In this document: piece by piece, positions 37,654 to 47,809 of the stretch
Numbering within the stretch: the first letter of the stretch is position 1
Layout of the letters: each line of letters starts with the position of its first letter
Source: an uncultured Sutterella sp.
GTDB taxonomy: Bacteria > Pseudomonadota > Gammaproteobacteria > Burkholderiales > Burkholderiaceae_F
DNA length: 64,000 nucleotides
Direction of reading: 5' to 3'
Assembly (NCBI GenBank): GCA_900764215.1
Contig: CAAFNI010000008.1
Coordinates: 1,618-65,617 of the forward strand
The notes under the pieces: model-generated
The model's database searches: none
Seen by the model: only the letters and a program-made list of their open reading frames with translations
Told to the model about the DNA's origin: nothing
Position numbers and translations under genes: made by a program

Positions 37654-38748
37654 ATGGGTTTGAAGTGTGGCATCGTAGGCCTTCCCAACGTCGGCAAGTC
37701 GACGATCTTCAATGCGCTTACAAAAGCCGGCATTGCTGCCGAAAATTATCCGTTCTGCACCATTGAACCGAACGTCGGCGTCGTTGAAGTGCCCGATCCC
37801 CGTTTGAAGGCGCTCTCCGAAATCGTTCGTCCAGAACGTATTGTTCCCGCGGCCGTTGAATTCGTCGACATCGCAGGCCTCGTTGCCGGCGCCAGCAAGG
37901 GTGAAGGCCTTGGCAACCAGTTCCTCGCCAACATCCGTGAGTGCGATGCCATCGCACACATCGTGCGTTGCTTCAATGACGACAACATCGTTCACGTCTC
38001 CGGCAAGGTGGATCCGCTTGACGACATCAACGTCATCAACACGGAGCTTGCCCTCGCCGACCTCCAGACCGTCGAGAAGGCTCTCAACCGCTACAGCAAG
38101 CAGGCCCGTTCCGGCGGCGACAAGGATGCCCTCAAGCTTGTGCTCGTCCTCGAAAAGCTTCTTCCTGCTCTCAACGAAGGCCGCGCTGCCCGTTCCGTGA
38201 AGCTCACGCCCGAAGAGATTGCCGTCGTACGTCCGCTCTTCCTTCTCACGATCAAGCCGACGATGTATGTTGCCAACGTCGAGGATCACGGCTTTGAAAA
38301 CAATCCGCTGCTTGATGCCGTTCGTGAATTTGCGGCCTCCGAACACTCTCCCGTCGTAGCCGTTTGCGCCAAGACCGAAGCCGACATCGCCGACCTCGAC
38401 GACGAGGACAAGGAAATGTTCCTCGCCGACATGGGCATGAACGAACCCGGTCTTGATCGTGTCATCCGTGCCGGGTACGACCTGCTCGGCCTGCAGACCT
38501 ACTTCACGGCCGGGGTCAAGGAAGTCCGCGCCTGGACCATTCATAAGGGTGACACGGCGCCGCAGGCCGCCGGCGTTATCCACACTGACTTCGAACGCGG
38601 CTTCATCCGAGCCCAGACGATCTCCTATGAAGACTTCATTGCCTACAAGGGCGAAAAGGGAGCTCAGGAGGCCGGCAAAATGCGTGCCGAAGGCAAGGAC
38701 TACGTCGTTCAGGACGGCGATGTCATGAACTTCCTCTTCAACGTTTAA
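37654..38748 (+). CDS. ychF: Ribosome-binding redox-regulated ATPase YchF
   Basis: [18 protein letters not shown]; TGS domain at the C-terminus; 364 aa. Confidence 0.95.
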   Translation: MGLKCGIVGLPNVGKSTIFNALTKAGIAAENYPFCTIEPNVGVVEVPDPRLKALSEIVRPERIVPAAVEFVDIAGLVAGASKGEGLGNQFLANIRECDAIAHIVRCFNDDNIVHVSGKVDPLDDINVINTELALADLQTVEKALNRYSKQARSGGDKDALKLVLVLEKLLPALNEGRAARSVKLTPEEIAVVRPLFLLTIKPTMYVANVEDHGFENNPLLDAVREFAASEHSPVVAVCAKTEADIADLDDEDKEMFLADMGMNEPGLDRVIRAGYDLLGLQTYFTAGVKEVRAWTIHKGDTAPQAAGVIHTDFERGFIRAQTISYEDFIAYKGEKGAQEAGKMRAEGKDYVVQDGDVMNFLFNV

Positions 38749-38810
38749 GCATTGCGCCCTCGCACCCTGCCTCGCGGAGAAGGGTTCCAGCGCCTGAGTT
38801 TCATAATTGC

Positions 38811-38851
38811 AACGGGAGACCGCCTTCTAGGCGGCCTCCCGTTTTTTCTTT
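38811..38851 (+). terminator. Terminator after ychF
   Basis: AACGGGAGACCGCC-TTCTA-GGCGGCCTCCCGTT followed by a T-rich run. Confidence 0.55.
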
Positions 38852-38900
38852 CGTATCCCGTTATACTGACGGCATCCAAACTATTTGCCCCCATGCTGTC

Positions 38901-39272
38901 ATGGCCACAACCTCCACCAAAAAGCGTCAGGAAATCGGAGAGCGTCTCCGTCACGAACGCGATCGCCTTGGTTATACCAAGCAACAGATTGCCCAGTTGC
39001 TTGGCGTGCAGATCCCCGCTTATGAACGCTTTGAGAACGGCGAGGACGACCCGGGCGTCTACCGCCTGCCTCGTCTGGCAGCCTGCGGCTTCGATGTCTT
39101 ATTCATCATCACGGCTGAGCGTCATGTGCCCGTGGCAGAGGAAAACGAGCTTTTATCTCGCTTCCGCGACCTCTCGCAGCGTGGTCGCGCGTCCATCTTC
39201 TCCACCATGGATGCTCTAGAACGACTGGCTCCCAACCTCAAACAAGAATTTCGCCGCCGCTTCAAGAACTGA
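38901..39272 (+). CDS. XRE-family helix-turn-helix transcriptional regulator (Cro/C1-type), 123 aa
   Basis: HTH region LGYTKQQIAQLLGVQIPAYERFENG. Sits immediately upstream of ahpCF and is followed by its own terminator. Confidence 0.55.
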   Translation: MATTSTKKRQEIGERLRHERDRLGYTKQQIAQLLGVQIPAYERFENGEDDPGVYRLPRLAACGFDVLFIITAERHVPVAEENELLSRFRDLSQRGRASIFSTMDALERLAPNLKQEFRRRFKN

Positions 39273-39278
39273 AGCTCC

Positions 39279-39302
39279 CACCGCCGGAAGCGGCGGTTTT
39301 TT
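39279..39302 (+). terminator. Terminator after the XRE gene
   Basis: ACCGCCG-GAAG-CGGCGGT followed by TTTTTT. Confidence 0.6.
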
Positions 39303-39334
39303 CCGCCTCTCGTAATAGTTTTTTACTTATTCGA

Positions 39335-39363
39335 TTGACAATGGCATAAAAGTTAGCTAACAT
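39335..39363 (+). promoter_or_regulatory. Candidate sigma-70 promoter for ahpC (TTGACA-17-TAACAT)
   Basis: Perfect -35 TTGACA, 17-nt spacer, -10 TAACAT, about 55 nt upstream of the ahpC ATG. Followed by the inverted repeat TGAGAC-N12-GTCTCA. Confidence 0.4.
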
Positions 39364-39417
39364 AACCCCATCAACAAATGAGACTCCTTCTCACACGTCT
39401 CATACCGGAGTTAAAAA

Positions 39418-39981
39418 ATGTCCCTTCTGAACACTGAAATCCTTCCCTTCAAGGCTCAGGCCTATGCCAACGGTGAATTCGTCGAACTGACCGAAGCCTC
39501 CCTCAAGGGTCATTGGTCCATCGTCTTCTTCTACCCGGCCGACTTCACGTTCGTTTGCCCGACGGAACTTGAAGATCTCGCTGAAAACTACGCCGAATTC
39601 AAGTCTCTCGGCGTTGAAGTCTATGCCGTCTCCACGGACACGCACTTCACGCACAAGGCCTGGCATGAGAGCTCCGCCGCCGTGGGCAAGGTTCAGTTCT
39701 CGATGATCGGCGATCCGACCGCAACGCTCGCCCGTAACTTCCAAGTGCTCATCGAGGCCGACGGCCTTGCTGAACGCGGCACGTTTGTAATCAACCCCGA
39801 AGGCAAGATCGTGATCATGGAACATCACGACGGCGGCATCGGCCGCGATGCCTCCGAGCTTCTTCGCAAGGTGAAGGCCGCTCAGTACGTCGCCGCCAAT
39901 CCCGGTCAGGTCTGCCCGGCCAAGTGGCAGCCTGGTGCCGCCACCCTGACGCCGTCTCTTGATCTCGTCGGCAAGATCTAA
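39418..39981 (+). CDS. ahpC: Alkyl hydroperoxide reductase subunit C (2-Cys peroxiredoxin)
   Basis: FTFVCPTE peroxidatic Cys motif; resolving Cys near the C-terminus; 187 aa. Confidence 0.95.
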   Translation: MSLLNTEILPFKAQAYANGEFVELTEASLKGHWSIVFFYPADFTFVCPTELEDLAENYAEFKSLGVEVYAVSTDTHFTHKAWHESSAAVGKVQFSMIGDPTATLARNFQVLIEADGLAERGTFVINPEGKIVIMEHHDGGIGRDASELLRKVKAAQYVAANPGQVCPAKWQPGAATLTPSLDLVGKI

Positions 39982-40069
39982 CTTAAGAATCGGCTGATTC
40001 AGACAGGCCGCAGACCCATACGGTCGCGGCCTGTTTCCTTATCCTCACAAGCGAACGCCCTCATCCATC

Positions 40070-41620
40070 ATGCTTGACGCCAACATCAAAGCCCAGCTTC
40101 AAAGCTACTTCACCAAACTCCGCCGTCCCATTGTGCTCAAGGCCGCCCTTGACGGCTCGCAGGACAGCGCCAACATCGAAGCGCTCCTCAAGGAAGTCGC
40201 TGAGCTCTCGGACAAGATTTCCTACGAAATCGAGTCCGATGCCTCCGTTCGCCGTCCCAGTTTTACGGTCTCCCCTCAGGGCGGCCATGAGGGCATCCGC
40301 TTTGCCTGTCTGCCGATGGGCCACGAATTTACGAGCTTTGTGCTCGCACTTCTGCAGACCGGCGGCCATCCGGCCAAAATCTCCGATGAGCAGGCACGGC
40401 AAATCTCCGCCCTGGCAGGAGTGATGAATTTCGAGATCTTCATCTCACTCTCCTGTCACAACTGCCCTGAAGTCGTTCAAGCGCTCAACCTCATCTCGAT
40501 TCTCAATTCGAACGCCAGCGTCACCATCATTGACGGCGCGCTTTTCAGAGACGAAGCCGCCCAACGCAACGTCATGGCCGTTCCAACGGTTTTCCTCAAC
40601 GGTCAACCCTTCCTCTCCGGCCGTCGCGAACTCTCCGAAATTCTTGCCAAGCTCGACACCTCCGTCGCCGAAGCGGCCCAAGCCTCGATCAGCGCCAAAG
40701 CCCCTTTTGACGTTCTCGTTGTCGGCAGCGGTCCGGCAGGCTGCACAGCCGCCATCTATGCCGCCCGCAAGGGATTGCGCACGGGCATCGTCGCCGACCG
40801 GCTTGGCGGGCCGGGCAACGAAACAGCCGACATCGAGAACTTCACGTCCATCCTCAAAACGGACGGCACGGCGCTTGCCGGGAACTTTACGGCGCACCTG
40901 AAGGCTTATGACATCGACATCATTACGCCGCATGCCGTTGCCAAGATCGCCCGCGAAGGCGATTTCTGGAAACTTGTACTGGAAAATGGAGCAGAACTCC
41001 GTTCCAAGACTGTCATCGCCGCTTCAGGCGCCCGCTGGAAGCAGCTTGAGGTCCCTGGCGAAGAAGACTTCAAGGGGCGCGGGGTCGCCTATTGCCCGCA
41101 CTGCGACGGTCCCCTCTTCAAAGGCAAGCGGGTTGCAGTCGTCGGCGGCGGCAACTCAGGCGTCGAGGCCGCCATCGACCTTGCAGGCATCGCCTCCTCC
41201 GTCGTGCTTCTGCAGCGGGGCTCGGAACTTACAGCCGACAAGGTGCTTCAGGAAAAGCTCCGCTCGCTACCGAACGTCACTGTCAAGTTCCGCGCCTGCA
41301 CCTCAAAGCTCACGGGCGAAGAAAAGCTGGAAAAGCTCCACTACCTCAATCGTGAAACAGGCGAAACCGAATCCTTGGACGTTGATGGCTGCTTCGTTCA
41401 GATCGGCCTCAAGCCCAATACCGAGTGGCTTGACGGTGTTGCCGAACTCAATGCCTACGGAGAGATCGCGGTCTCAGACCGTTGCACGACCTCGGCCCCC
41501 GGTCTCTTTGCCGCTGGCGACTGCACTTCCGTCCCCTACAAGCAAATCGTCATCGCTCTTGGCGAAGGCGCCAAAGCCTCTCTGAGTGCTTTTGACTACC
41601 TGATTCGACAAGGTGCCTGA
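40070..41620 (+). CDS. ahpF: Alkyl hydroperoxide reductase subunit F
   Basis: N-terminal thioredoxin-like CHNC; FAD/NAD motifs GSGPAG and CPHCDG; 516 aa. Confidence 0.95.
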   Translation: MLDANIKAQLQSYFTKLRRPIVLKAALDGSQDSANIEALLKEVAELSDKISYEIESDASVRRPSFTVSPQGGHEGIRFACLPMGHEFTSFVLALLQTGGHPAKISDEQARQISALAGVMNFEIFISLSCHNCPEVVQALNLISILNSNASVTIIDGALFRDEAAQRNVMAVPTVFLNGQPFLSGRRELSEILAKLDTSVAEAAQASISAKAPFDVLVVGSGPAGCTAAIYAARKGLRTGIVADRLGGPGNETADIENFTSILKTDGTALAGNFTAHLKAYDIDIITPHAVAKIAREGDFWKLVLENGAELRSKTVIAASGARWKQLEVPGEEDFKGRGVAYCPHCDGPLFKGKRVAVVGGGNSGVEAAIDLAGIASSVVLLQRGSELTADKVLQEKLRSLPNVTVKFRACTSKLTGEEKLEKLHYLNRETGETESLDVDGCFVQIGLKPNTEWLDGVAELNAYGEIAVSDRCTTSAPGLFAAGDCTSVPYKQIVIALGEGAKASLSAFDYLIRQGA

Positions 41621-41721
41621 CGATCAGGAGCGTCTTCTCCTTGAGAGGGTGCAGGCTTCCGCCCGCACCCTCTTTTTGTGGCAAACTTGTTCGCGCAAAG
41701 ACTCAAAGAGAGGATTCCGCC

Positions 41722-43911
41722 ATGCGCTATGTGCGCTCACTCCTGCTAGCCCTCACCACGTTCGCATTCTTCCTGTTGGTGCTTGTCGCCGGACTCTACG
41801 CCTTCATTACGCCTGAACGCGTTTCGGCTCGCATGACCGGTACGCTTTCACAGCACCTCGGGCTCACGATCAAAATGACCGGCCTGCGCATCGACACCCG
41901 CTTGCCGAACCTGAAATTCACAATCACGGATGCTGATCTCGCAGGTGCCGGCGGTGCTGTTCGCGGCAGCGTTCCCACCGCAACTATCACGCTTCACCCA
42001 CTGGCACTCTTCACTCGTAGTCCGCGCATATCCGAAATCACAATCTCAGACGCCTCACTTACCTTCGGCGACACATCTCCCGAAGACGTCCGAAACTGGA
42101 TTGAAAGCACGATCAAGCCTCTCGCCTTCGATGTCGAACGCCTCGTCGTCCACAGAGGCGCCGTCTACCTTTCCTCCCGTCAAACAGGTTCCGAACCTTG
42201 GGCGTACATCAACAATGCCTCCGCTTCGATCAGCAACCTGAGCGAAGCGGGAGCGGCGTACAGCCTCTCAGGCGTCATCAAGCTGCCCGAAATGCTCGGA
42301 AGCGCCAATCTTCGAGGCATCACCGACTGGTCGCAAGGGCTCCTTGCCGCCAAATCCGAGCAACTCTCAGCAACCTTCAAAGGTGAAGTTCGCGGTCGAC
42401 GCACCGAATTCTCCGGACGCGCCGACAAAATTGCTCTCACACGCAGCAGTTCTTCACTCGCCAACCTCTCCGTTTCCTTGAAGTGTTCAGATGACGCCCT
42501 GCTCGAGCTTTCCGCACCGTCTCTGACGATCGACGGACATGTGCTTGACGCCCCCGCTCTGTCAGCTGCCCTCACCCTGACATCTGCCGACGGCGTCCGC
42601 ACCTTGACCGCCTCCACAGTCCTCAAGGCTGACTTCTTCGAACGTCGCTTCGACATACCGGCCATTTCCGTTTCCGGACAAGAACGGCTCTCCGGCGCAC
42701 AAGCCTCCTCCAGCACCGGCACTCTCACTGGTCGACTGTTCTGGAACGCCGCCAACGGCGAAGGCCGTGCAGAACTCAACGGCACTCTTCAAGGCGCATC
42801 CGCCACATTGGACCTATCCCTCTCGAACGCCGTGCCGTTTACAGCTGACCAAGCGCTCTTCCCGCACAGATTTGCTGCGATCCCCCGCATCTCCGGGCGG
42901 GTTGTTTTGGGAGAAATTCCTCTTAGGACAATCATCAACCTAGCGAACTCCGCGACACTCCTGCATGACGTTGACACCTCCATAGACTTCAACATCATGC
43001 TTAAGGCGCCCTACATCGGCGGACACGAAACTTCCGGACGCCTTGTAGCAGGCGCTGGCAAGGCCTTCGTGATCGACGGCGGACTCAAGCTTGCCAACGC
43101 CGTCATCCCCTTTGACGCCGAATGCGACTCCGATGGCGTTTGGCGGCTTCGCAGCAATTGGCGAAACGCTGAAGCCCGCGATCTGTTACCTTCCATTCTG
43201 AACGGCCCGATCTCCGGGACGCTTGAGGCCTGCGGCCTTCTCAAGGATGCCTCCCAAACCACCGCCTCAATCAGGCTCGAAGCCCGCAACGGAGAATTTC
43301 ACGGAGCCGATCTCGAACTAGCCTCGAAGATCATGCATGATGTCCAGCCTGAGGCGCTTCCCACCGGCGCCTTCCTGCGCAGCAGTCGCACTGCCTTCAC
43401 CACGCTCTCATGCAATCTTGGTCTCGACAATGGCGTCTGGACCATTGCCAACGGCGAAGCTGAAGGCAAACACTGGAAGAGCTTCTTTACAGGGGCGTAC
43501 GGACATATCGACACCCGAATCGACTTCAGTGCCGACAACGGTGCGGCCTTCTTCACGATGCCGGCGCGCATTCAAACGGATCCCGTTCTCTGGACGCCCG
43601 ATTGGAGGGCTGCTCTGACTTCAGCGCTCGAACATGTCGGCGAACTTCCCTGGTCGATCGACAATCTGCAAGAACGCCTCCGCCAGGGACTTGAAAATTG
43701 GTGGAACAACCTTGACGCTTCCGAATTCAAGCTGCCTGAATTCGATGCCCAGGATTTCAGCCTGCCCGACTTCACGCTGCCGAAGATCGAGCTTCCCGAA
43801 TGGGCAAACAAGTTCCTCGGCAAGGAAATGGCGCCGAAGAATCCGGCGCCCGCCACTGCGACTGACAAGCTCGATCAGAAGCCCGTCGCTCTCATCGCCG
43901 CTTCCACCTGA
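41722..43911 (+). CDS. AsmA-family protein (large periplasmic/outer-membrane assembly-related protein)
   Basis: Start at MRYVRSLLLALTTFAFFLLVLVAGLYAF (single N-terminal TM), then a long beta-rich region typical of AsmA-like proteins. Confidence 0.6.
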   Translation: MRYVRSLLLALTTFAFFLLVLVAGLYAFITPERVSARMTGTLSQHLGLTIKMTGLRIDTRLPNLKFTITDADLAGAGGAVRGSVPTATITLHPLALFTRSPRISEITISDASLTFGDTSPEDVRNWIESTIKPLAFDVERLVVHRGAVYLSSRQTGSEPWAYINNASASISNLSEAGAAYSLSGVIKLPEMLGSANLRGITDWSQGLLAAKSEQLSATFKGEVRGRRTEFSGRADKIALTRSSSSLANLSVSLKCSDDALLELSAPSLTIDGHVLDAPALSAALTLTSADGVRTLTASTVLKADFFERRFDIPAISVSGQERLSGAQASSSTGTLTGRLFWNAANGEGRAELNGTLQGASATLDLSLSNAVPFTADQALFPHRFAAIPRISGRVVLGEIPLRTIINLANSATLLHDVDTSIDFNIMLKAPYIGGHETSGRLVAGAGKAFVIDGGLKLANAVIPFDAECDSDGVWRLRSNWRNAEARDLLPSILNGPISGTLEACGLLKDASQTTASIRLEARNGEFHGADLELASKIMHDVQPEALPTGAFLRSSRTAFTTLSCNLGLDNGVWTIANGEAEGKHWKSFFTGAYGHIDTRIDFSADNGAAFFTMPARIQTDPVLWTPDWRAALTSALEHVGELPWSIDNLQERLRQGLENWWNNLDASEFKLPEFDAQDFSLPDFTLPKIELPEWANKFLGKEMAPKNPAPATATDKLDQKPVALIAAST

Positions 43912-44162
43912 TTCCTGAGCTCGAGGCGGCGATGCTTTTCCATCAGCATTTCGCGGCTTTCCGGACGGTGAGGATTTAAAACGATGCATTCGCTCACCGG
44001 GCAAAGCTCCCGACACCTGGGGGCATCAAAAAAGCCAATGCACTCCGTACAACGTCCGCCGCGGATTCGAAAAAAACCATCGTCATCCACTATGGCCTCA
44101 TTCGGACATTCTGGCAAACAAACGCCGCAGGAAATGCATTCGTCGGTAATCATCAGCGCCAT
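43875..44162 (-). CDS. yfhL: YfhL-family 4Fe-4S dicluster ferredoxin
   Basis: MALMITDECISCGVCLPECPNEAI ... CTECIG...CPVSEC parallels E. coli YfhL. Confidence 0.8.
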   Translation of the reverse strand: MALMITDECISCGVCLPECPNEAIVDDDGFFRIRGGRCTECIGFFDAPRCRELCPVSECIVLNPHRPESREMLMEKHRRLELRNQVEAAMRATGF

Positions 44163-44165
44163 CAT

Positions 44166-44657
44166 CTACTCCTTCTTGTCAGCGCAGGCTTCAATCAACG
44201 CCTCCAGCACATCCGGCGTCACAAAGCGGGCGGCGTCCTCTGGAGAAAGCTGCGCAATCTCTCGTACAAAAGTTCCGCTCACGAATTGGAACTGATCCGA
44301 AGGTGTCAGAAAAATCGTCTCCACATCAGGCATCAACTGCCGATTCATGCCTGCCATCTGAAATTCATATTCGAAGTCGCTCACGGCCCGAGCCCCTCTA
44401 ATGATCACTTGAGCACCGTTCACAGCAACAAAATCCTTCAGCAACCCATTGAAAGACATCACCGTCACGTTTTCAAACTGTCCACAAAGCCCTCGGGCAA
44501 GCCTCACCCGTGTGTCGAGCGAGAGCAGCGGACGCTTCTTGCGGCTTTCAGCCACCCCCACGACAACGTGTTCAAAGATGCGAGAGGCACGACGCACGAG
44601 ATCGACATGCCCGTTCGTCATGGGATCGAACGTTCCAGGATAAACCGCCGTCGTCAT
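44166..44657 (-). CDS. coaD: Phosphopantetheine adenylyltransferase
   Basis: [21 protein letters not shown] (HxGH nucleotidyltransferase motif). Confidence 0.95.
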   Translation of the reverse strand: MTTAVYPGTFDPMTNGHVDLVRRASRIFEHVVVGVAESRKKRPLLSLDTRVRLARGLCGQFENVTVMSFNGLLKDFVAVNGAQVIIRGARAVSDFEYEFQMAGMNRQLMPDVETIFLTPSDQFQFVSGTFVREIAQLSPEDAARFVTPDVLEALIEACADKKE

Positions 44658-45346
44658 TTTCTGCTCCTCTTCTCTTTCCTTGACGGACGAGTCAGCCCCG
44701 CCATGACGCTGCCGGCTTTTGCCAGCAGCTCAAAGCGCACCGCGCCTGCGCTACCCGAGCGCACGCGCACGACGCCCAGTGACTCAAGCGCTTCGTCGCT
44801 CAGAAGCTCCTCAGGCGACTCCACATAAAGAAGACCTTCATTCTTCAAAGCATTGAGCGCCGCCCGCGCCGCCTTCACCTGCATGTCAAGGCCAAAGGGA
44901 GGATCAATGAAAATAACGTCGTAGCAGCGTGGGACATCCTGCAAAAAACGGAAGGCATCAGCCACATAGGCCTTCTTGTGCTCATCGCCCCCCAGACGCA
45001 CAAGCACCTGACGGATGCCGGCAATGCCCGGACGGTGAATGTCAAGCCAGTCAACATGATCGGCTCCTCGACTCGCGGCCTCTAACCCCATGGCGCCGGA
45101 CCCGGCAAACATGTCCAGTACATCACGCCCTTCAAAGGTTCCAAAGAGGTGAGTCAACCAATCAAAAACCGTCTCCCTCACGCGCTCGGAAGTCGGCCGA
45201 AGCCCTTCGGCACAAGCTACGGTCACCACGCTGCGCTTCCACCTGCCGGACACAATTCGTACGCTTCCCGCTCCCCTAACGGGGGCGGGCGTTGCTAAAC
45301 TTGAGTTACTTGCGCCCAGGCGCCTTGAATTCTTTCGAACTGCCAT
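44654..45346 (-). CDS. rsmD: 16S rRNA (guanine966-N2)-methyltransferase RsmD; start site uncertain
   Basis: [10 protein letters not shown]...[17 protein letters not shown] and [22 protein letters not shown] motifs align with E. coli RsmD. The track start is only ~10 bp from the divergent ftsY start, so the true start may be an internal GTG. Confidence 0.8.
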   Translation of the reverse strand: MAVRKNSRRLGASNSSLATPAPVRGAGSVRIVSGRWKRSVVTVACAEGLRPTSERVRETVFDWLTHLFGTFEGRDVLDMFAGSGAMGLEAASRGADHVDWLDIHRPGIAGIRQVLVRLGGDEHKKAYVADAFRFLQDVPRCYDVIFIDPPFGLDMQVKAARAALNALKNEGLLYVESPEELLSDEALESLGVVRVRSGSAGAVRFELLAKAGSVMAGLTRPSRKEKRSRK

Positions 45347-45355
45347 TAGAGAAAT

Positions 45356-46306
45356 ATGACTGGATCTTCCGAGGGATGGTTTTCCCGATTAAAAAATGGT
45401 CTTGCCAGAACGCGCGTCAATATCGTCGGCCTTTTTTCTGGCGGCGTGATCGACGACGACTTTCTTGAAGAGCTCGAATACGCACTGATCACAGCCGACG
45501 TCGGCGTGCAGGCATCGACTCGTATCCTACAACGTTTGCGCGACACCATTAAGCTCAAGGGCCTTAAAACGCAAGACGAGGTGCGTCTCGCACTTCGCGA
45601 TGAAATTGCGCGCATGCTTGCGCCCGCACAGCGCGAGCTCGACATCGAACAGGCTCATCCGCTCGTCATCATGATGACGGGCGTCAACGGCGCAGGCAAG
45701 ACCACTTCCATCGGAAAGATCTCCAAGTACCTTAGTCAGCGCGGTAAAACCGTGCTTCTCGCCGCAGGCGACACATTCCGTGCCGCGGCCCGCGAACAGC
45801 TCGCCGTCTGGGGCGAACGCAACAAGGTTGAAGTCATAGCCCAGCAAGGCGGAGATCCGGCGGCCGTCGTCTTCGACGCCGTGAGCGCCGGCAAGGCGCG
45901 CGGCACCGACGTCGTCATCGCCGACACCGCAGGCCGTCTACCCACCCAAATCAACCTCATGGAAGAGTTGCGACGCATTCGCCGCTCTCAAGACAAGGCC
46001 ATGTCCGGCGCCCCTCACGAGGCGATACTCGTCGTGGATGGCACCAACGGCCAGAACGCGCTCACTCAGGTTAAGGCCTTCGATGCCGCAGTCGGGCTCA
46101 CAGGCCTCATCGTCACGAAACTTGACGGCACCGCCAAGGGCGGCGTGCTTGTCGCCATTACACAAATGCGTCCGGAAAATCCTTTGCCGATTTACTTCAT
46201 CGGCGTAGGTGAAGCCATCGACGACCTGCAACCTTTCAATGCCGTTCAGTTCGCCAATGCGCTCGTCGGACTTGATCCCAACACTCCCGCTACAGCCCCG
46301 GAATAA
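45356..46306 (+). CDS. ftsY: Signal recognition particle receptor FtsY (short form lacking the acidic A-domain)
   Basis: WFSRLKNGLARTR N-terminus; NG domain GVNGAGKTT, DTAGR, TKLDGTAKGG; 316 aa. Confidence 0.9.
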   Translation: MTGSSEGWFSRLKNGLARTRVNIVGLFSGGVIDDDFLEELEYALITADVGVQASTRILQRLRDTIKLKGLKTQDEVRLALRDEIARMLAPAQRELDIEQAHPLVIMMTGVNGAGKTTSIGKISKYLSQRGKTVLLAAGDTFRAAAREQLAVWGERNKVEVIAQQGGDPAAVVFDAVSAGKARGTDVVIADTAGRLPTQINLMEELRRIRRSQDKAMSGAPHEAILVVDGTNGQNALTQVKAFDAAVGLTGLIVTKLDGTAKGGVLVAITQMRPENPLPIYFIGVGEAIDDLQPFNAVQFANALVGLDPNTPATAPE

Positions 46307-46331
46307 TCAATTTGGAATTGGAGCATACAAG

Positions 46332-47801
46332 ATGCTTTTAGGTGCAGTTGATCTTGGAAGCAACAGCTTTCGCGTCGAGATCGGCCGTGTAGACGGCGAC
46401 CGCATCGTCACTCAGAGCTACTGGAAGGAAACCATCCGCATGGCCGCGGGCTTCGACAAGAATGGAGCACTCACGCCAGAGATGCAAGCCAAGGCACTCG
46501 CCGCGCTGAGCCGCTTCCACGAAAAGCTCGCCGGTCTTCCGCCCTCCCAGGTCCGCGCCGTCGGCACCCAAGCTCTGCGTGAAGCAGCCAACTCTGCCGA
46601 TTTTCTTCCCAAGGCGGAAGCAGCGCTCGGCTACCCCATCGGCATTTTGAGCGGTCACGAAGAAGCCCGCCTAGTCTTCAAGGGGTGCGCACGCACGCTT
46701 CCTCCGTCCGACAGCCGTCGCCTTGTCGTCGACATCGGCGGCGCAAGCACGGAATTCGTCGTCGGTCAGGGATTGGATGCAAAAGAATACGAGAGCTATC
46801 ACGTCGGCTGCGTGAACACGTCGATGAAATTCTTCTCGGACGGCGTCATCACCGCCGAAAAGCTCGACAAGGCCATCGTCGCCTGCTGCGCAGAATTCAG
46901 CGAAGGCGAACACAAGTTCAACGATACGAAGTTCGACGAAGCCTACGGCTCCGCCGGCACCTTCGGCGCCGTCTCCGACATCTGTGTTGCGCAGGGCTGG
47001 AGCGACGGAGAAGTCACGCCCGAACACCTTGAAAAGATCCGCGCACTCCTGCTTCGCGCGGGGAACATCAACAACATCCAGTTTCCGGGCCTCAAGCCGG
47101 ATCGCCGTGAAGTCATCGCGGGCGGCTACGCCGTCCTCTCCGCCGTTTACCGCACCGCAGGCATCAAATCCATGCGCCCCGCCAGCGGCGCCCTTCGCGT
47201 CGGGCTTCTTTATGAACAACTCGGCATTGTCCAAAACCGCGACACTCGCGACATCAGCGTCGATGCGATCATCCGCACCTGCGGCGTAAACCGCGAACAG
47301 GCCGACATCGTGGCGGGCTATGCCGTTGAGTTTCTCCGCATGCTCGATCCCGGCATCGATCCCGCCGCCCTCAAGCGGCTCCGCTGGGCCGCACTGATGC
47401 ATGAGATCGGAACGACGATCTCGACGAGCCGGCATCACCGGCATGGAGAATACATCGTCAGCAACGCAGACCTGCCGGGCTTTACGCGTACCGATCAGCA
47501 GTTCATGGCAAAGCTGATCCTCTCGCAGCGCGGCGGTCTCGGCAAAGTAGAGGACTTCCTCAAAACGGAAACGAACACCAGACAAGTGCTCTCCATGCGT
47601 CTTGCCGTCATCTTCGCACACGCCCGCAAGCCGGCTCCGCTTCCTCTCATCACGATTACGCGCAGCCTGAACAACGCCGTGCTCAATCTCGCAGTCGACC
47701 GATCCTGGCTTGAAGAACATCCGCTCACCGCCTACCTGCTTCAGCAGGAAGCGGATGATTGGAAGAAGGTCGGCCGCGTGATCACGGTCACCACCTTCTG
47801 A
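46332..47801 (+). CDS. ppx: Exopolyphosphatase / guanosine pentaphosphate phosphohydrolase (Ppx/GppA family)
   Basis: Start at MLLGAVDLGSNSFRVEIGRV (ASKHA fold). The track ORF is extended 5' to 46209. Confidence 0.85.
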   Translation: MLLGAVDLGSNSFRVEIGRVDGDRIVTQSYWKETIRMAAGFDKNGALTPEMQAKALAALSRFHEKLAGLPPSQVRAVGTQALREAANSADFLPKAEAALGYPIGILSGHEEARLVFKGCARTLPPSDSRRLVVDIGGASTEFVVGQGLDAKEYESYHVGCVNTSMKFFSDGVITAEKLDKAIVACCAEFSEGEHKFNDTKFDEAYGSAGTFGAVSDICVAQGWSDGEVTPEHLEKIRALLLRAGNINNIQFPGLKPDRREVIAGGYAVLSAVYRTAGIKSMRPASGALRVGLLYEQLGIVQNRDTRDISVDAIIRTCGVNREQADIVAGYAVEFLRMLDPGIDPAALKRLRWAALMHEIGTTISTSRHHRHGEYIVSNADLPGFTRTDQQFMAKLILSQRGGLGKVEDFLKTETNTRQVLSMRLAVIFAHARKPAPLPLITITRSLNNAVLNLAVDRSWLEEHPLTAYLLQQEADDWKKVGRVITVTTF

Positions 47802-47809
47802 GAAGCCTC

